This document shows positions 1-13,998 of a stretch of 64,000 bases of DNA, one piece after another. The position numbers were made by a program, and so were the translations under genes. Where the stretch lies: NCBI GenBank assembly GCA_030141605.1, contig JAQGDQ010000763.1:1-64000 (forward strand). The letters run 5' to 3'. Position 1 is the stretch's first letter, and each line of letters starts with the position of its first letter. The notes beneath the pieces are model-generated. The model ran no database searches, was not told the origin of the DNA, and was given only the letters and a program-made list of their open reading frames with translations. This DNA comes from Tubiluchus corallicola (taxonomy: Eukaryota; Animalia; Priapulida).

Positions 1-19
1 CACAAAATGAATTGTTGAA

Positions 20-440
20 AGGCAGACGGGATGATTTTTCATATACTACCCCATTTTCAAGTACAATAAAAAGTATACATTTTAACACAATTAATACTGG
101 CGTTTCTTATAATAAGTAACAGATAAAAAACTAAACTGAATTAACTATTGATAACATCACAAATTTAATTAACTATTGATAACATCACAAACGAACATAA
201 TTTTTAAAAATGAAGTACAGTGCACCTGTAAGATATTCAGTGCGTTGTAGTAAAACTAGGCAAGTTTTAAGATAAAAATTCAAATTTCAAATTTACCAAT
301 GTGCTCACGCTTGACCTGTGAACGTGTGCAGTTCGTCACAAACTAACGCATCTGAACTAAGAGGTAAAGCACCTGTTTTATGTGCAACGCGTTTCCGAAA
401 TGCAGGCGCAAGTGCCCGTCTATCTAGCGAATGGCGAAAA
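20..440 (+). repeat. Dispersed repeat fragment (second copy at ~27400-27842)
   Basis: Collinear similarity, e.g. GATGATTTTTCATAT, TGAAGTACAGTGC..CTGTAAGATATTCAG and TCGTCACAAACTAACGCATCTGAACT occur at both loci. Confidence 0.75.
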
Positions 441-1001
441 ATGCATGTAACAGTGAAGAACTAGTGGCGCGAACGTGAAATTGTGTTTGTGTGGTAATAA
501 TTCTTTCACGTAACTCACATTTGAAAAAAAGTTTTTGTCATTTCAATATTTTAATGAGTAGATTATTGTCTTCCGGTTTTGGATCCGGTTTTGCTTTAAC
601 GAACAAATTTGGTTTAGTTATGAAAAAACTGCCGAAAAATACTGTCAAAAATGCCTTCTCACCAAAAAGCTGCTTGCTGTCTACTCAACCTTTCACGCGA
701 CATAAATTTTTAACTTCGCTGATAAAATTTTCATGAAATTACACCGAACTTCCGTCGGAAACACGTCTCCTAACTCCCCAGCGAGTGATAAGAGCTTTAT
801 GGGTATAGAGAATGCGCGAATGGAGTGACCACTTAACACCGCGAGTAATCGAACAAGTACACAATTCAAAATAACAACGTTAGATCAGGAAACAAAGTAC
901 CGTTTTGTTGGAAAGTTCCGTTTGTTGATTCAAGCATGGCAACAATGACTAGACGCGATACGTGTTCGTTACGAAGAGTGGCTGTGTTATATGGTTTTAG
1001 G

Positions 1002-2017
1002 CAGTGGCGGCTCGTAGTGGGGGTGAACCAGTGGCGGCTCGTAGTGGGGGTGTACCAGTGGCGGTTCGTAGTGGGGGTGTACCAGTGGCGGCTCGTAGTG
1101 GGGGGTGTACCAGTGGCGGCTCGTAGTGGGGGTGTACCAGTGGCGGCTCGTAGTGGGGGTGTACTAGTGGCGGCTCGTAGTGGGGGTGTACCAGTGGCGG
1201 CTCGTAGTGGGGGTGTACCAGTGGCGGCTCGTAGTGGGGGTGTACTCGTGGCGGCTCGTAGTGTGGGTGTACCAGTGGCGGTTCGTAGTGGGGTGTACCA
1301 GTGGCGGCTCGTAGTGGGGGTGTACCAGTGGCGGCTCGTAGTGGGGGTGTACCAGTGGCGGCTCGTAGTGGGGGTGTACCAGTGAGGCGGCTCTAGTGGG
1401 GGTGTACTAGTGGCGGCTCGTAGTGGGGGTGTACCAGTGGCGGCTCGTAGTAGGGTGAACCAGTGGCGGTTCGTAGTGGGGGGTGTACCAGTGGCGGCTC
1501 TAGTGGGGGTGTACTAGTGGCGGCTCGTAGTGGGGGTGTACCAGTGGCGGCTCGTAGTGGGGGTGTACCAGTGGCGGCTCGTAGTGGGGGTGTACCAGTG
1601 AGGCGGCTCTAGTGGGGGTGTACCAGTGGCGGCTCGTAGTGGGGGTGTACCAGTGGCGGCTCGTAGTGCGGTGTACTCGTGGCGGCTCGTAGTGGGGGGT
1701 GTACCAGTGGCGGCTCTAGTGGGGGTGTACTCGTGGCGGCTCGAAGTGGGGGTGTACCAGTGGCGGCTCGTAGTGGGGTGTACCAGTGGCGGCTCGAAGT
1801 GGGGGGTGTACCAGTGGCGGCTCGTAGTGGGGGTGTACCAGTGGCGGCTCTAGTGGGGGTGTACCAGTGGCGGCTCTAGTGGGGGTGTACTAGTGGCGGC
1901 TCGTAGTGGGGGTGAACCAGTGGCGGTTCGTAGTGGGGGGTGTACCAGTGGCGGCTCGAAGTGGGGGTGTACCAGTGGCGGCTCGTAGTGGGGGTGTACC
2001 AGTGAGGCGGCTCGTAG
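1002..2017 (+). repeat. 27-bp minisatellite (CAGTGGCGGCTCGTAGTGGGGGTGTAC), ~37 copies
   Basis: Direct tandem repeat visible; the ORFs here are repeat artefacts. Confidence 0.97.
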
Positions 2018-2520
2018 TTAAAATTACTGGGGGTGCTGCTTCCGGAAATTTTTAGCCATTGTTTTAATACTGTGTAAAACGAAACAAATGTCTGTAGTTT
2101 TAATGTTGTAATTGTAATTTTAAACAAGAAAAACATACGAAAGTTTACACGTAAACTTGATAAAATCCTAAACAAAAAATATTTTTTGCTTACAAAAAGC
2201 CTAAATTGTCGCAGTTCAAGCTTGATTCATTCACGTGACAACAGACTGTGTGAGCGACTGTACTTTCTCTACCTAGCAGCAGACGCTAGCAGTGCAGCGT
2301 ACAGTGTGTTATCTCAGACATGTGCGCATGCGCACAACAGCCAAACACCTCGTTGTTGGAGCTGTGAAGCAAACAGTACTACCCTCACGTGCTCTGGTTC
2401 CGTACAAGCATAAAGAAAGAACTAAAGAAAAAACACTTCTTATATTGAATATTATCGATAATATTGAGTGAAAATAGGGGGTGCTGCAGTTCCATAGTAC
2501 CTATACACAAGCCGCCACTT
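2000..2520 (+). mobile_element. hAT-like MITE (TIR CAGTGGCGGCTCGT...ACAAGCCGCCACT); second, truncated copy at 48639-48960
   Basis: Right end ACAAGCCGCCACT (2507-2519) is the near reverse complement of the left end; the body aligns with 48639-48960; no clean TSD. Confidence 0.7.
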
Positions 2521-2679
2521 GAAGAGGTATAATCATTGATGGGTATCGAAAGTTATAGAGAAGTATTCATGCTTCAATATCCAATATGCATTATATTTTT
2601 CACTGTATTTTTTGCAATGTCAACAAATACTACACAATAATATAATGTAAGAAATACGAACATCAGTGCTGTGCAACAT

Positions 2680-4045
2680 ATACTTATAGTACAGGGTCCT
2701 ATACTCCTGGCCCTATACTTATAGTACAGAGGTCCCAAACTCTGGGCCCTATACTTATAGTACAGGGTCCTACACTCCTGGCCCTATACTTATAGTACAG
2801 AGGTCCCAAACTCTGGGCCCTATACTTATACTTATAGTACAGGGTCCTATACTCCTGGCCCTATACTTATAGTACAGAGGTCCCAAACTCTGGGCCCTAT
2901 ACTTATAGTACAGGGTCCTATACTCCTGGCCCTATACTTATAGTACAGAGGTCCCAAACTCTGGGCCCTATACTTATAGTACAGAGGTCCCAAACTCTGG
3001 GCCCTATACTTATAGTACAGAGGACCAAAAGTCCGGGTCCTATACTTGTTGTACAAGGGCCTCATACTCCTGGCCCTATACTATAGTACAGGGGCCTATA
3101 ATCCGGGCCCTATACTTATTGTACAGGGCCTCATACTCTGGGCTCTATACTTATAGTACAGAGGTCCCAAACTTCGGGCCCTATACTTGTTGTACAGGGA
3201 CCTATACTCCGGGCCTTATACTTATTGTACAGGGCCTCATAGTCTGGGCCCTATACTTATAGTACAGAAGTCCCGAACTCCGGGCCCTATACTTGTTGTA
3301 CAAGGGCCTATACTCGTGACCCTATACTTATTGTACAGGGACCTATACTCCGGGCCCTATACTTATTGTACAAGGCCTCATACTCTGGGCCCTAAACTTG
3401 TTGTACAGGGCCTCATAGTCTGGGCCCTATACTTATAGTACAGAAGTCCCGAACTCCGGGCCCTATACTTGTTGTACAAGGGCCTATAATCCGGGCCCTA
3501 TACTTATTGTACAGGGGCCTATACTACTGGTCCTATACTTGTTGTACAAGGGCCTCATACTCCTAGCCCTATACTATAGTACAGGGGCCTATGATCCGGG
3601 CCCTATACTTATTGTACAGGGCCTCATACTCTGGGCCCTATACTTATAGTACAGAGGTCCCGAACTCCGGGCCCTATACTTATTGTACAAGGCCTCATAC
3701 TCTGGGCCCTAAACTTGTTGTACAGGGCCTCATAGTCTGGGCCCTATACTTATAGTACAGAAGTCCCGAACTCCGGGCCCTATACTTATTGTACAAGGCC
3801 TCATACTCTGGGCCCTAAACTTGTTGTACAGGGCCTCATAGTCTGGGCTCTATACTTATAGTACAGAAGTCCCGAACTCCGGGCCCTATACTTGTTGTAC
3901 AAGGACCTCATACTCTGGGCTCTATACTTGTTGTACAAGGACCTCATACTCTGGGCTCTATACTTGTTGTACAAGGACCTCATACTCTGGGCTCTATACT
4001 TATAGTGCAGCGGTCCCATACTCCAGGCCCCATACTTCTTGTACA
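2680..4045. repeat. ~36-bp minisatellite (CTATACTTATAGTACAGAGGTCCCAAACTCTGGGCC and variants)
   Basis: Tandem units with recurring variant order. Confidence 0.95.
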
Positions 4046-4360
4046 AGGGCCTCATTCTCCGGACCCCAAACGTTCGTTGTCGTTGTCGTCGTGTTGTTGT
4101 TGTCTTTACACTCATAAAAGCACACACAACAACCTACTCAAGCGAGCTACAGAACAATGAATTATTAACAAACGTTTAATCTCCCAGGCGTATTCATCCG
4201 AGCTTGAGATTCAGAGCATCTAGACAGGTTAGTAAAAGCCTAAATAATGCATAGTGAATATAATGCATTGTCATAATGCCCTTTATAAACGTATTTACGT
4301 GTGCATGTACAATTGTACACGAAGTGTGGTGGTATTGGTGGCTGTCGATCATGCAAGGTA

Positions 4361-4668
4361 ACTGTTGTTGTTGTTGTTTTCATTGTTGTCGTCGTTGCTA
4401 TTGTCGTTGTTGTCATTGTTGTTGTTGTTGCTGTAGTCATTGTTGTTATTGTTGTCATTGTTGTTGTCGTCGTCGTTGCTGTTGTTATTGTCGTCGTTGT
4501 TGTTGTTGCTGCTGTCATCATTGTCGCTGTTGTTGTTGCTGTCATTGTTGTTGTTGTTGTCGTCGTCGTCGTCGTCGCTGTTGTTGTTGTTGTTGCTGTC
4601 ATCATTGTTGTTGTTGTTGCTGTCATTGTTGTTGTTGTAGTTGTTGTCGTCGCTGTTGTTCTTGTTGT
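4361..4668. repeat. Imperfect (GTT)n/(CAA)n trinucleotide repeat
   Basis: Direct observation. Confidence 0.95.
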
Positions 4669-5429
4669 GCACATGTCTGAGATAACACGCTGTACGCTCG
4701 CGTCTGCTGCTGGGTAGAAAAGTACTATCTCTACCACAGTAACAGTTGCCACGTGTTTACCGTGTACCATCATATTCTTGGATTTGATAAAGTGTAAACT
4801 TAGCCTGTGTGCTTAAAACATAAATCATTTGATAATGGACGCCTTGCATCTCCAAAAGTTCTATGACTGTAAATGAACTACAACAGCTTAATTTTTCACA
4901 GTTGTTTCTCCATGAGAAAGGTAAATTAAGAAAAGACGCGATCTTCAAATATAACAAGAACAAAATTACACATGTTTGTTTCGTTTTACACTGCATTAAA
5001 ACAATAGGAAAAGATTGGGATCCTACTAATTATTGCTACGATCCCCCACTGGATAGGTTCCTGTTCCACCACAGCTATTTACATTAAGCAGTAATTGAAT
5101 ACTGAATCGTAGCAAGGTTATGGACGCGGGTAATTTGCAAAGTCAATGATTCGAACAATTCACCTTGCGTAGCTAGTAATAAAACATTTATAGATAATTC
5201 AATATGATTGGATCAAAATGTGTGAAAAATGCTGTTTTTTGTGACCCTGTGCCGAGACGAGGTTAGATAGGCAGGTTTTTGGGCAATGTCTGGAGAAAAT
5301 TTAGGGAACATGCAGGGATGCAGGGCCAGAGGATCCTATAGGCTAGTATAGGCTGCAACATAGGACCCTTCAAACTTGGGGTGCCTCTTTGTAACATTTG
5401 GTAAAAATATGTTTCTTTCTTTCACTACG

Positions 5430-6447
5430 GTTGTGCTGTTGTCGTTGTCGTCGTTGTTGTTGTTGTCGTTGTTGCTGTTGTCGCTGTCGTCGTTGTTCTT
5501 GTTGTCGTTGCTGTTGTTGTTCTTGTGGTCGTTGCTGCTGTTGTTGTCATCGTCGTCGTTGTTGTCGTTGTTGTTATCGCCGTTGTTATTGTCATTGTTG
5601 TTGTTGTTGTTGTTGTTGCTGTTGTCGCTGTCGTTGTTGTTGTTATTGTCGTTGTTGTTGTTGTTGTCATTGTTGTTGCTGTTGTCGCTGTCGTCATTGT
5701 TTTTGTTGCTGTTGTTGTTCTTGTTGTCGTTGCTGTTGTTGTTGTCGTCGTGTTCGTTGTTGTTGTTGTCGTTGCTGTTGTTGCTGTTGTCGCTGTCCTT
5801 GTTGTTGTTGTCGTTGTTGCTGTTGTTGTTCTTGTTGTCGTTGCTGTTGTTGTTGTCGTTGTCGTCCTCGTTGTTGTTGTTGTCATTGTTGTTGTTGTTG
5901 CTGTCATTGTTGTCGTTGTTGCTGTTGTCGCTGTCGTCGTTGTTCTTGTTGTCATTGCTGTTGTTGTTCTTGTGGTCGTTGCTGCTGTTGTTGTTGTTGT
6001 CGTCGTCGTCGTTGTTGTCATCGCCGTTGTTATTGTCATTGTTGTCATTGTTGCTGTTGTTGCTGTCATTGTTATTGTCGTTGTTGTTGTCATTGTTGTT
6101 GCTGTTGTTGCTGTCGTTGTTGTTTTTGTTGCTGTTGTTGTTCTTGTTGTCGTTGCTGTTGTTGTTGTTGTCGTTGTTGTCATTGCTGCTGTTGCTGTTC
6201 TCACTGTCCTTGTTGTTGTTGTCGTTGTTGCTGTTGTTGTTCTTGTTGTCGTTGCTGTTGTTGTTGTCGTCGTCGCCCTCGTTGTTGTTGTTGTCGTTGT
6301 TGCTGTTGTTGTTCTTGTTGTCGTTGCTGTTGTTGTTGTCGTCGCCCTCATTGTTGTTGTTGTCGCTGTTGCTGTTGTTGTTCTTGTTGTCGTTGCTGTT
6401 GTTGTTGTCGTCGTCCTCGTTATTGTTGCTGTTGTCGTTGTTGTTGC
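5430..6447. repeat. Long imperfect (GTT)n repeat with recurring internal blocks
   Basis: Direct observation; it produces the poly-L/C/V/T ORFs. Confidence 0.95.
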
Positions 6448-7092
6448 TACGGATGTGCTAATTTGGTTTGCAATAAATAGTAAAATAGTGGCATGCCTTG
6501 AAGAATATTTTTATTGACAAATAAAAGACAGCTATTCTAGTTTATTTATAAGAGTTTGCAATAAGTTTGTGGCAAGCGAAAAAATAGCACAAGTAAAAAA
6601 ACATTCGCGGTTTAATTAGTGGGTGTCTCCGTCTGAGGGGCCCCATAATTTTACTCGCTGGGGGGTCCCAAAAAGTCATAATCTGGCCCTGTACTTAGGA
6701 CAACATCTACCCTTGCGATGAACTCGATTTTTCGCAAAAAAATATATTATAGGGAAACACACACAATGCGGTGCTTTAATATTGTGAGGTCACAATATCA
6801 AAACACGCGAACCACGAGAACGACAACAGCATCGCAGCGAAACAGACCTCTTTATAGAGCTACTTCGCAAACGAATGCCGCCAAAACGTGCTGTATTCTT
6901 GTGACAAGGGAAAAACGGCACATTTACCTTTTCAAAGAATCACATTTTTTGATGACATAATTATAGTGTGTTTAATTATAAGTTTGTAAAATTTAGCGTT
7001 ACTTTACCTTGAATTTTTTAAATGCTGGTGAATGAAAAACGAGGATAAGCTCATTTTTACACATTTACATTTACACATTTAGATAATCCGCA

Positions 7093-7575
<483 letters not shown>

Positions 7576-7579
7576 TATA

Positions 7580-9228
7580 TCTAATTTAATTTAAACAATG
7601 GTAAAACAAATGAACTTAGAAGATTGCTAATTTAATTTAAACAATGATAAAACAATTGAACTTGCAAGATTGCTAATCTAATTTAAACAATGATAAAACA
7701 ATTGAACTTACAAGATTGCTAATCTAATTTAAACAGTGATAAAACAAATGAACTTACAAGATTGCTAATCTAATTTAAACAATGATAAAACAAACGAACT
7801 TACAAGATTGCTAATCTAATTTAAACAATGATAAAACAATTGAACTTACAAGATTGCTAATCTAATTTAAACAATGATAAAACAAATGAACTTACAAGAT
7901 TGCTAATTTAATTTAAACAATAATCAAAATATATGAACTTACAAGATTGCTAATCTAATTTAAACAATGATAAAACAATTGAACTTACAAGATTGCTAAT
8001 CTAATTTAAACAATGATAAAACAAACGAACTTACAAGATTGCTAATCTAATTTAAACAATGATAAAACAAATGAACTTACAAGATTGTTGTTAGTCTAAT
8101 TTAAACAATGATAAAACAAACGAACTTACAAGATTGCTAATCTAATTTAAACAATGATAAAACAAATGAACTTACAAGATTGCTAATCTAATTTAAACAA
8201 TGATAAAACAAACGAATTTACAAGATTGCTAATCTAATTTAAACAATGATAAAACAATTGAACTTACAAGATTGCTAATTTAATTTAAACAATGATAAAA
8301 CAATTGAACTTACAAGATTGCTAATCTAATTTAAACAATGATAAAACAATTGAACTTACAAGATTGCTAATCTAATTTAAACAATGATAAAACAATTACA
8401 AGATTGCTAATTTAATTTAAACAATGATAAAGCAATTGAACTTACAAGATTGCTAATTTAATTTTAACAATGATAAAACAATTGAACTTGCAAGATTGCT
8501 AATCTAATTTAAACAATGATAAAACAATTGAACTTACAAGATTGCTAATCTAATTTAAACAATGATAAAACAAATGAACTTACAAGATTGCTAATTTAAT
8601 TTAAACAATGATAAAACAAATGAACTTACAAGATTGCTAATCAAATTTAAACAATGATAAAACAATTGAACTTACAAGACTGCTAATTTAATTTAAACAA
8701 TGATAAAACAATTGAACTTGCAAGATTGCTAATTTAATTTAAACAATGATAAAACAAATGAACTTACAAGATTGCTAATTTAATTTAAACAATGATAAAA
8801 CAATTGAACTTACAAGATTGCTAATTTAATTTAAACAATGATAAAACAAATGAACTTACAAGACTGCTAATTTAATTTAAACAATGATAAAACAATTGAA
8901 CTTGCAAGATTGCTAATTTAATTTAAACAATGATAAAACAAATGAACTTACAAGATTGCAAATTTAATTTAAACAATGATAAAACAATTGAACTTACAAG
9001 ATTGCTAATTTAATTTAAACAATGATAAAACAATTGAACTTGCAAGATTGCTAATTTAATTTAAACAATGATAAAACAATTGAACTTACAAGATTGCTAA
9101 TTTAATTTAAACAATGATAAAACAAATGAACTTACAAGATTGCTAATTTAATTTAAACAATGATAAAACAATTGAACTTACAAGATTGCTAATCTAATTT
9201 AAACAATGATAAAACAATTGAACTTACA
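7580..9228. repeat. 46-bp minisatellite (CTAATTTAATTTAAACAATGATAAAACAATTGAACTTACAAGATTG), ~36 copies
   Basis: Period 46 (7581 to 7627). Confidence 0.97.
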
Positions 9229-9529
9229 CGATTTTTCGTACCTTTATATCCTGAAGCTTCACTTATTCATTCTTTCAATTAGAGCACCTATTCAGCTCCT
9301 AACTTCGTCTTAATTCATCACGGGTTATCTCCACACAATAATGTTACTTACGTTAAACACAAGCAAAGTTATTAGCCATGCTGTACCTCTCGCACCGTGA
9401 ACACGTCAACTGCCTCTAGTGAAAGCGATTATTCTAAACTGCACTGTCCGGTTCATTTCAGTCACCCGTGACGTTATAGTTGTGGTCGTAGCTGGTAGAT
9501 GGCGCCAGCTGACAGGTTTAATGGTTAGA

Positions 9530-10057
9530 GGTACCTGAAGTAGGTTTTAGAAAAATCAGCTTAAAAATTACGTTATTTTACAGCTATTTTATACACATAT
9601 CGTACTCGCGTTAAAAGGATTTTTTGTTTGTTTTCATTTTAAATCTCCTGCAATACTGTCTGAGGTCACCATTACATGACGTCACATATGCACAACGTAA
9701 ATCAGGAGAATAAAAGGAAATGTTAAATTATGTCCCAAAAAACTTTCCATACAAATCTATATTACTTGGCATTTCACTTAGCTGCTGGACATTCTTATGT
9801 AACTAGAAATAATAATTTAAAATGTTTGTGCCAATTGGTAAAATGTCATTGGCTCACCCTCCAGGGTGCGCCACTCACTAACGAAAACGTATTTTTAATC
9901 TTATTGACAAGATACAGTAATTTGAAATTTACTTAGTAACATGTGTGCTACGAATGCTCTGATTATTTTTTCTAAATTCACGCAATGTTATCTAAACTTG
10001 TTTCACACGACTTATCGTCAAAATGGCTGTGTTTAACGGTCATCGCGGGACTTTAAA
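9530..10057 (+). mobile_element. Non-autonomous DNA-transposon-like dispersed repeat (other copies at 61441-61985 and a fragment at 52447-52680)
   Basis: Collinear with 61460-61985 (GGTACC.GAAGTAGG, CCATTACATGACGTCAC, end CATCGCGGGA.TTTAA). Confidence 0.7.
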
Positions 10058-10940
10058 TTTACACTGCAAAAGAGACCCACATCTTCCTACATCCCGGGTT
10101 CTCCTCTCTCTAAATTTTGGTAAATTTCTGCCCACGACCCCATCCAAGTGCCAATAAAACGTTTTGTCTACAACGGCGGTCGAAAAAATCTCCAAAGATC
10201 CTTCAAGAAATCTTTAATATTTTTGCTCATTGGAGGAACATCATCGGTCCAGAGTAAAGAACAGTTGTTAAATTGTGTTAAAAGTGTTACATTGTGCTAA
10301 ATAATAATTCTGATGAAATGCTGGCATGAAGCATAGTTAAGGTGTGGTATCACGTGACCAAGTGATTCATAATCGACAGACTGACGTAGGCAGTCGATGC
10401 GCCGAAGCTCACGGCGCATGAAGAGTTTAGTAAAAGCTTTGTCATGCCCGCACCTCAGGAAGAATAGAACTAGGAACTGATCCGGAGAGGGCTTGGCATT
10501 ACTATCCTTTATGATTATGATATTTACTGTGTTTAATGCTTAATAAATGTGTTGCTTCTTAACCTGAGTTTTAATAGTTTTGCCATGCCGGTCGTGACTT
10601 CCCAGCGGCCACGAGAAACAACAATATTCAACTAGCAACTCTAAAACAGCAAATACACAGCCAATCAGACAATTATTTTATTCCTAGTTGCATCTTAGGG
10701 AAGAAAATTTATAACTCTTTGACAAGAGGAGTAACAGGGATTGCAGAACAATATAAACCTGTTTAGAAATGCCTCTGCCAAGATGAAGCATTACAAGTTA
10801 ACTTGGGGGACATTTTTAGGACCTCCGTGTATGTATTCAACGTAATGAACTGCGGAATTTAATATAGTTGTCTTTAGCAGGTTCAGCTTTAATAAATTTG
10901 TCATCCTGTTTGCTAAAAAACGTTATCTCTCAGAATGCTA

Positions 10941-11220
10941 AGGGCCTATCAAAAGTTAGGGCCTAAAGCTACAGCTTTACTAGTATAAGGTTATTGCGCC
11001 CCTGGTGGTGAACTGTCTACGCAATTACACACCACTGTCAATTTATCTCATCAGTAACTGGTAAGAAATTTCACTCTTTTGCTGAGGGCCTATCAAAAGT
11101 TAAGACCTAAAGCTACAGCTTTACTAGTGTAAGGTTATTGCGCCCCTGGTGGTGAACTGTCTACGCAATTACGCACCACTGTCAATTTATCTCATCAGTA
11201 ACTGGTAAGAAATTTCACTC
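10941..11220 (+). repeat. ~145-bp tandem duplication that includes a MITE-like right end (...GGTTATTGCGCCCCTG)
   Basis: 10941-11078 is repeated at 11085-11220. Confidence 0.85.
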
Positions 11221-11332
11221 TATTGATTTTGTGATGATTTTTGTGTCTTGATAACTGCGGTGCCACAAATTGTTTCTTTTAGCTTAATTTCCAAAACTGA
11301 TAATTACATTTGTGTCGAAACGATCGTCTGTT

Positions 11333-13998
11333 CTCAGTAAACAGCATGTGGATTCCTAGAGATTAGATCTAATATGTGTTTAATGTTATGATAGTCTGTG
11401 TAAATCCACCACTTTTAACATGGTGTCAGCAGTGGGATCACACATCATGCAGCTTCACATGCAGACTGCACTCAGTAAACAGCATGTGGATTCCTAGAGG
11501 CTGGATCTAATACGTGTTTAATGTTATGATAGTCTGTGTAAATCCACCACTTTTAACATGGTGTCAGCAGTGGGATCACACATCATGCAGCGTCACATGC
11601 AGACTGCACTCAGTAAACAGCATGTGGATTCCTAGAGGCTGGATCTAATACGTGTTTAATGTTACGATAGTCTGTGTAAATCCACCACTTTTAACATGGT
11701 GTCAGCAGTGGGATCACACATCATGCAGCGTCACATGCAGACTGCACTCAGTAAACAGCATGTGGATTCCTAGAGGCTAGATCTAATATGTGTTAATGTT
11801 ATGATAGTCTGTGTAAATCCACCACTTTTAACATGGTGTCAGCAGTGGGATCACACCATGCAACTTCGTGCGACTCCACATGCAGACTGTGTACAGTAAA
11901 CAGCATGTGGATTCCTAGAGGCTAGATCTAATACGTGTTTAATGTTATGATAGTCTGTGTAAATCCACCACTTTTAACATGGTGTCAGCAATGGGATCAC
12001 ACATCATGCAGCTTCACATGCAGACTGCATACAGTAAACAACATGTGGATTCCTAGAGACTAGATCTAATACGTGTCTAATGTTATGATAGTCTATGTAA
12101 ATCCACCACTTTTAACATGGTGTCAGCAGTGGGATCACACATCATGCAGCTTCACATGCAGACTGCGTACAGTAAACAGCATGTGGGTTCCTAGAGATTA
12201 GATCTAATACGTGTTTAATGTTATGATAGTCTGTGTAAATCCACCACTTTTAACATGGTGTCAGCAGTGGGATCACACATCATGCAACTTTGTGCGACTC
12301 CACATGCAGACTGCACTCTGTGAACAGCATGTGGATTCCTAGAGGCTGGATCTAATACGTGTTTAATGTTATGATAGTCTGTGTAAATCCACCACTTTTA
12401 ACATAGTGTCAGCAGTGGGATCACACATCATGCAGCTTCACATGCAGACTGCATACAGTAAACAACATGTGGATTCCTAGAGGTTAGATCTAATACGTGT
12501 TTAATGTTATGATAGTCTGTGTAAATCCACCACTTTTAACATGGTGTCAGCAGTGGGATCACACATCATGCAGCTTCACATGCAGACTGCGTACAGTAAA
12601 CAGCATGTGGATTCCTAGAGGCTAGATCTAATACGTGTTTAATGTTATGATAGTCTGTGTAAATCCACCACTTTTAACATGGTGTCAGCAGTGGGATCAC
12701 ACATCATGCAGCTTCACATGCAGACTGCGTACAGTAAACAGCATGTGGATTCCTAGAGATTAGATCTAATACGTGTTTAATGTTATGATAGTCTGTGTAA
12801 ATCCACCACTTTTAACATGGTGTCAGCAGTGGGATCACACATCATGCAACTTCGTGCGACTCCACATGCAGACTGCACTCTGTGAACAGCATGTGGATTC
12901 CTAGAGGCTGGATCTAATACGTGTTTAATGTTATGATAGTCTGTGTAAATCCACCACTTTTAACATGGTGTCAGCAGTGGGATCACACATCATGCAGCTT
13001 CACATGCAGACTGCGTACAGTAAACAGCATGTGGATTCCTAGAGATTAGATCTTATACGTGTTTAATGTTATGATAGTCTGTGTAAATCCACCACTTTTA
13101 ACATGGTGTCAGCAGTGGGATCACACATCATGCAGCTTCACATGCAGACTGCATACAGTAAACAACATGTGGATTCCTAGAGACTAGATCTAATACGTGT
13201 CTAATGTTATGATAGTCTGTGTAAATCCACCACTTTTAACATGGTGTCAGCAGTGGAATCACACATCATGCAGCTTCACATGCAGACTGCATACAGTAAA
13301 CAGCATGTGGATTCCTAGAGGCTAGATCTAATATGATAGTCTGTGTAAATCCACCACTTTTAACATGGTGTCAGCAGTGGGATCACACATCATGCAGCTT
13401 CACATGCAGACTGCACTCAGTAAACAGCATGTGGATTCCTAGAGATTAGATCTAATACGTGTTTAATGTTATGATAGTCTGTGTAAATCCACCACTTTTA
13501 ACATGGTGTCAGCAGTGGGATCACACCATGCAGCTTCACATGCAGACTGCATACAGTAAACAGCATGTGGATTCCTAGAGATTAGATCTAATACGTGTTT
13601 AATGTTATGATAGTCTGTGTAAATCCACCACTTTTAACATGGTGTCAGCAGTGGGATCACACATCATGCAACTCCGTGCGACTCCACATGCAGACTGCGT
13701 ACAGTAAACAACATGTGGATTCCTAGAGGCTAGATCTAATACGTGTTTAATGTTACGATAGTTTGTGTAAATCCACCACTTGTAACATTGGTGTCAGCAA
13801 TGTGATCATAGTCTTGCAAATCCACCATTTCTAACATGGTGTCAGTAATGGTATCATAGTCTTGTAAATCCACCACTTTTAACATGGTGTCAGCAATGGG
13901 ATCACACATCAAGCAACTTCGTGCGACTACACATGCAGACTGCGTACATGGTGTCAGCAATGGGATCACACACCATGCAACTCCGTGCGACTCCACAT
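11333..13998 (+). repeat. 138-bp satellite (~18 copies) containing TGTTA...TAACA followed by a tRNA-Leu PBS-like sequence
   Basis: Period 138 (11473 to 11611); each unit carries TTTTAACA|TGGTGTCAGCAGTGGGATC. Confidence 0.95.

Noticed and set aside
4240-6517. Long poly-Thr, poly-Cys, poly-Leu and poly-Val ORFs (mucin- or metallothionein-like)
   Set aside because: Several frames on both strands are open only because (GTT)n lacks stop codons; no splice or homology support
5321-6691. Single hAT MITE (CAGGGCCAG...CTGGCCCTG) enclosing the GTT tract
   Set aside because: Only ~9-10 bp of TIR match and the flanks share no 8-bp TSD; may be ends of two different elements
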